64,000 nt of DNA from Cirrosporium novae-zelandiae (Eukaryota), in assembly GCA_026023565.1 (NCBI GenBank), contig JAPETS010000052.1, positions 62,001 through 126,000 on the forward strand. Direction: 5' to 3'. Below, in pieces: positions 59,809 through 64,000 of the stretch. How positions within the stretch are numbered: position 1 is the first letter of the stretch; every line of letters begins with the position of its first letter. The notes beneath the pieces were generated by a model, which saw only the letters and a list, made by a program, of their open reading frames with translations, was not told the origin of the DNA and did no database searches. The position numbers were made by a program, and so were the translations under genes.

Positions 59809-61712
59809 CTAAGCCTTCTCCGCATCTGCTATCCCTCCATTTGTAATGATATAGGTCGCTTCTCGCTCGGGGTAGTCTTCACACATTCATTAGCCGCCAG
59901 GGTTTACTACTCTCACTGCTCCTGGCAAATAGCTGACCTGGGGAATCCTGAATTTTTGCAACCCGTTCCTCCCCGCGGCCCTTCCTGAAGAGCACTCGCG
60001 TTGTTGAGGCGTGCGCAAGGATATGACCACCAACAGGTTTACGTCCATCCGCCCCTGCAAATAATGCGCTAGCACCAGGATCACTTTGGACTTGATTTGT
60101 CTGTGAAACCATTAGATTCTACAGGGATTGTACCACTCGAGTCATAAAATCAGATCCCCACCATCAACACACAAATATTGAACTCTACAGCATGTCAACG
60201 TTTCAAGGTCAGGCCATTTAGGAACTGAATTTAGCCTACCCTCAGCAACATGAGAAAGCTTTGATAGGAATTGATTCAGCTTCTGCTGGCGATCGGCAAG
60301 CTCTCCACGACCGGAATAATCGACGCGGAAGCAGTTCATGATGCTATCAACAATGAGTAAGCGGTACTCATTACCGGCAAAGAAAGATGCGAGGCTGTTG
60401 AGAAGTTCGAGTTGGTGCTTATCATTATCAGCTCCTACTATCTGTCATGGCCCTGCTCGGCTCTTACCTCGCTATTCAACGCTCTTGCATAAAGGATGTT
60501 TTCCTGTGCCGCCTCTGGATCAACTATGACAGGTCAACTCCACTTCATATCACATCTCGGGGATTTCCATACGATCAAAGCGCTCTGCGATCTGACTGAT
60601 CCTACAGGATATTAGCTTTCAGAGATCATGCGCAAGGCCTACGACGAAATGCACCTTTCAGGTCTAAAGGTTCCTTCAGTATCTACAAAACCTGTCAGCC
60701 AAGTACATGAGCTAGATTTTCTGCAGACGGACCAATATAGGCAACCTTGCCCCCCGCACCCCCCATTTCCTAATAAAATCAGTATTTTTCTAATGATCGC
60801 GATTCCATGGTATACCTTGGGCAACTGCAAAGTATCAGAATACTATTGAATGATCTCGTATAGGGAGGGGTTAGGTTTACCTGGCAAACCACTGACATTG
60901 TGTGGGAAAGCTGAGTTTTCCCGCAGCCTAGAGATCTTTGTTAATATAATGCCACAGGTTTGAGCCCTGGAAAGGCTTACGAAATTCGCCATAGACCTGT
61001 TTAAATTAAAGTTAATCATCTGGATAGGTAAATGATCCCCAATAGTATTTCTCACCTCGCTGATGCTCATGCTTTGAAAGCCACTATTCAAATCTCAGCA
61101 TTCATTCTTGCTTCAACTAAGGTATCTCCTTACCCTCCGAGTATGGAGTCCAGTGCTTTGCTGCCAGTGGAGATTCGGACACACTTTTGGCGTTTGCGTC
61201 CTAGGTCCATAGCAGTCATGAATGCAAAGGCTGAGGGCTGAATAGAGGAAATAAGCTCAGAAATAAGACCTAGAAGTAGATTAAACGAGAGTGGGAGAGT
61301 ATACCTGGCATTTAGCAATCGCCTCTTTGATCTTCTCTACCTTGACCTCACTGAACCCCTTGATCTTTAAAAGCGTCTTGCGAGTAGCAGCATGAACAGA
61401 CTATTATTACCATATGAAGAACTTGACTTCAGCAGATAGACTCAGGGATTGGAAAGCAAGTCGTTCTCTCTCAGACCTACAGCGACAGTGTAGAAGCCAT
61501 TCGCCTTAAGCTTAGTGATATCCGCTGCCCCGATTCCTATGTTTCTCAAAAAACCAAACAAAAGAGGTCCATCAGACGGTACACACCATGAGATTGAATG
61601 TCATCAATATCGATGATGAAGGATTCCTAATCATCGTAAATCAAAGCCGTGTCATTATTAGGAAAAGCCAAACCTCATCTTCGAGATCTTCTGCGATAGT
61701 GGAAGTAGTCAT
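59809..61712 (-). CDS. DMC1: Meiotic recombinase Dmc1, 17 exons
   Basis: Spliced by eye through 16 GT-AG introns into one open frame: [48 protein letters not shown] (Walker A), [60 protein letters not shown] and RQQKL favour Dmc1 over Rad51. Confidence 0.93.
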
Positions 61713-62535
61713 GGCGAATCACAACCACTTTGTTAACCAACTTAAGGTAGTTTGTAGTTACGATGGATAATTGGGGATTGCACTGCGGGAAAGGTAAGGT
61801 AATAGCAGTAAGAAAAAAATAGGCCTGATGCTGGGAGTTGAATGATGAGGTGAAAGAGAAAATTCTACCGGTGGTTAAGTCAAAATGGAGCGCTAAGATC
61901 TTGGTGCCTGAGGATTTTCACAATGCACATCAAATTCTTCAAATCTCAAGGGTACCAATCCTTATGCTAAGAAGGTGGAGATGCCAATGCAAAAGATAAC
62001 TTTCATTCCAATTAAGCCACACATACATGCTATTGTCAAGAAATAGCCAGCTTAGATAGCCACAGATCGATCATCCGCCCCGACAAACAACCACGCTTCC
62101 ATCCTCACATCCATCTCCACTTCTTTCTTCCTCTATTTACGTTCCTCTCCTCCACTCCGTCAGGCTCTCTATCTTTGTCTCCCAACTCGGTCGTAGAAGC
62201 AAGTTTCTTGCATAAACAGATGACGCCATTCGTAAGGTAATAGAGTCGAGTCCATCGCAATGCAATCATGAATAGCGGGAATATCGTTAAACTTTTGATG
62301 ATGGTTCGTGATACATGAGAATGTCGGCAGCAGGCAATGCGATAATGACAGCAGTTGGCGCTGGTCAGTGTTCGAAATAAGTCGTCCCATAAAGAAAATG
62401 CCGATAGGAGAGAGCGAGTGTAGAAAACAAAAACACCGGAAATACTCCGATAAGAAATCCATAAGTAACTAACTACCGACTCAAGAGATCCACTAGTAAT
62501 AAAGGATTCTATGAGTCTAATAGGTAGCCATAAGC

Positions 62536-63513
62536 TTATGCGACAGCGGTGGTTGGTGCGGCTTGCTGCACCGGAGCGACGGGCTCGGTAGGTTGTACCA
62601 CACCAGCATCAGCAGTAGGCTGGCCATTAGTCTCAACAGCTGTGCAGTCACGCGAGATATGGCCAGCTTGACCACATTTGTAACAGACTTTTCCTGCAGA
62701 ATTGAGAGGCCCACCATTTGGAGCTGTGCAGTCTCTCGAAATATGACCCTGACCTTGTAAGCATTGTTAAACGACCGAGATTGGAGGTGAACTTACGAGC
62801 TTTCCACAAGCATAGCATTTCATTGCTTGGGCCTGGCAATCACGGGCGTAGTGGTTGGGTCCACCACACTTGTAGCAAGTAGCTGTACGAGTAGCAGCGA
62901 AACCTGGGCGGAAGCCTCCAAAAGGACCACGAACGGCACCAGCGCCTCTGCCCATTCCTACGCCATTAGGACAGTTTCGCTGTATTTATATTAGTTTAAT
63001 TAAGTAAAATTTCTCTCAAAGAATGAATAGCCGGAACATACAGCAAGATGGCCTGGTTGGCCGCAGCTGTAGCAGCGCCCACTAGCGGCGCCACTGATTC
63101 GCAAGGTTGGACAGTCAGCCTGGACATGTCCTAAACCTTGGCAATGATAGCATTGCTTAGCTGTGAAAATATGAGCATTCAGTTAGTTAATCGCGGAGGA
63201 CTGTACTTACTTTCTGTAGTCCGGGGATGTGGACACTGGTTTGACTCGTGACCTAGGGAAATGTTGGTGGTTGTTTTAGAGAGTGCGCAAGTATCCTCAC
63301 CTGGTTGTTTGCCTAATAAATAGTTTAGTTATGTCCATCTGCGCAAATGATTTTTGGGTCTTACAATTGTAGCAAAGGCGCTCGGAAGAGGAGCAAACCT
63401 CTAGATAGTATTTAGCCAAGATTCATATATTCATTGATAACTTAGATCCACACACCAGCATAATGGCCAACATTGCCACATTTGTAACACGCTCGACGAG
63501 ATAGAGAAGACAT
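62536..63513 (-). CDS. GIS2: CCHC zinc-knuckle nucleic-acid-binding protein Gis2/Byr3/CNBP
   Basis: Seven exons giving seven CX2CX4HX4C knuckles and an Arg/Gly-rich linker (MSSLSRRACYKCGNVGHYA/EVCSSSERLCYNC/KQPG/HESNQCP...). Probable 5'UTR intron approx. 63706-63539. Confidence 0.93.
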
Positions 63514-64000
63514 ATTTTCGACTTTGTATGGTAGAATCCTAGAAGGAGAGGGTATTAGATATGTGGGTGAAGTTTGAATTGGCGGCGTCGCCGGTTTCGC
63601 GAAAGGAAAGAGAAAAAGTGTATCCATTTATTAAAGAGACAAAGCGGATGGGATCTGATGATGAAGAGGATAGTTCACAGGTCAAGTGTATAAGAATGCG
63701 AATATACCTCACACGTTGATAACAACTGCAAATATCCTTCGCGATCTCAAGCACTGTAGCGACTGTACAATCAGCTTTTAATCGTTCTATCCTGGATGCA
63801 AGTCTGGGAAAATAACAACAAGGGAAAGGCGAACCCACACAACAGTCCTCCCTTCCTCTGCAATTCCTTCCTTCCAAAACTTTCCTATAATCCCGCCGCA
63901 AACAGTTTGATGCTCTTCAGCTCATACAATTTTTGGGTGGTTGTCGCAGAGAAGAAGTCTTCAACCTGCAAGGCCGGCATTTTTAGTTTTCACGAGGGGA

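Noticed and set aside
4601..61712. Apparent cluster of chromatin, repair and meiosis genes (SWR1, SNF2-RING, Ran, kinesin-8, TDG, DMC1)
   Set aside because: They are interspersed with unrelated housekeeping genes over 57 kb, share no motif I could see, and such genes are common. There is no evidence of a functional cluster.

Overview
Eukaryotic, gene-dense DNA from a filamentous ascomycete (Pezizomycotina-type: short GT-AG introns with CTRAY branch sites; the taxon is inferred from gene content). About 20 mostly conserved protein-coding genes are supported: a MUN/C2-type protein cut by the left edge, complex I NDUFB8, SWR1, a group III hybrid histidine kinase (Nik1/Os-1/DRK1 type), a Uls1/Rad5-16-type SNF2-RING ATPase, Ran, Nas2, a RhoGEF, an Rtc3/SBDS-N protein, a Gly-rich secreted protein, kinesin-8, a hypothetical protein, a Tim17-family protein, a cNMP-F-box-LRR protein, a Zn2Cys6 transcription factor, a TDG/Mug glycosylase, a short Whi3-type RRM protein, an MFS sugar porter, a 17-exon DMC1 and Gis2/CNBP. 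I found no tRNA, rRNA, CRISPR array or intact transposon, and I cannot claim a new multi-gene system. The best leads are the cNMP-F-box-LRR protein, the micro-exon-rich DMC1 with uniformly non-consensus donors, a uORF/cryptic intron over the histidine kinase start, a miniature Whi3-like RRM paralog, and a small ORF broken by one stop codon. Exon boundaries were read by eye and family names come from motif recognition, not database searches.
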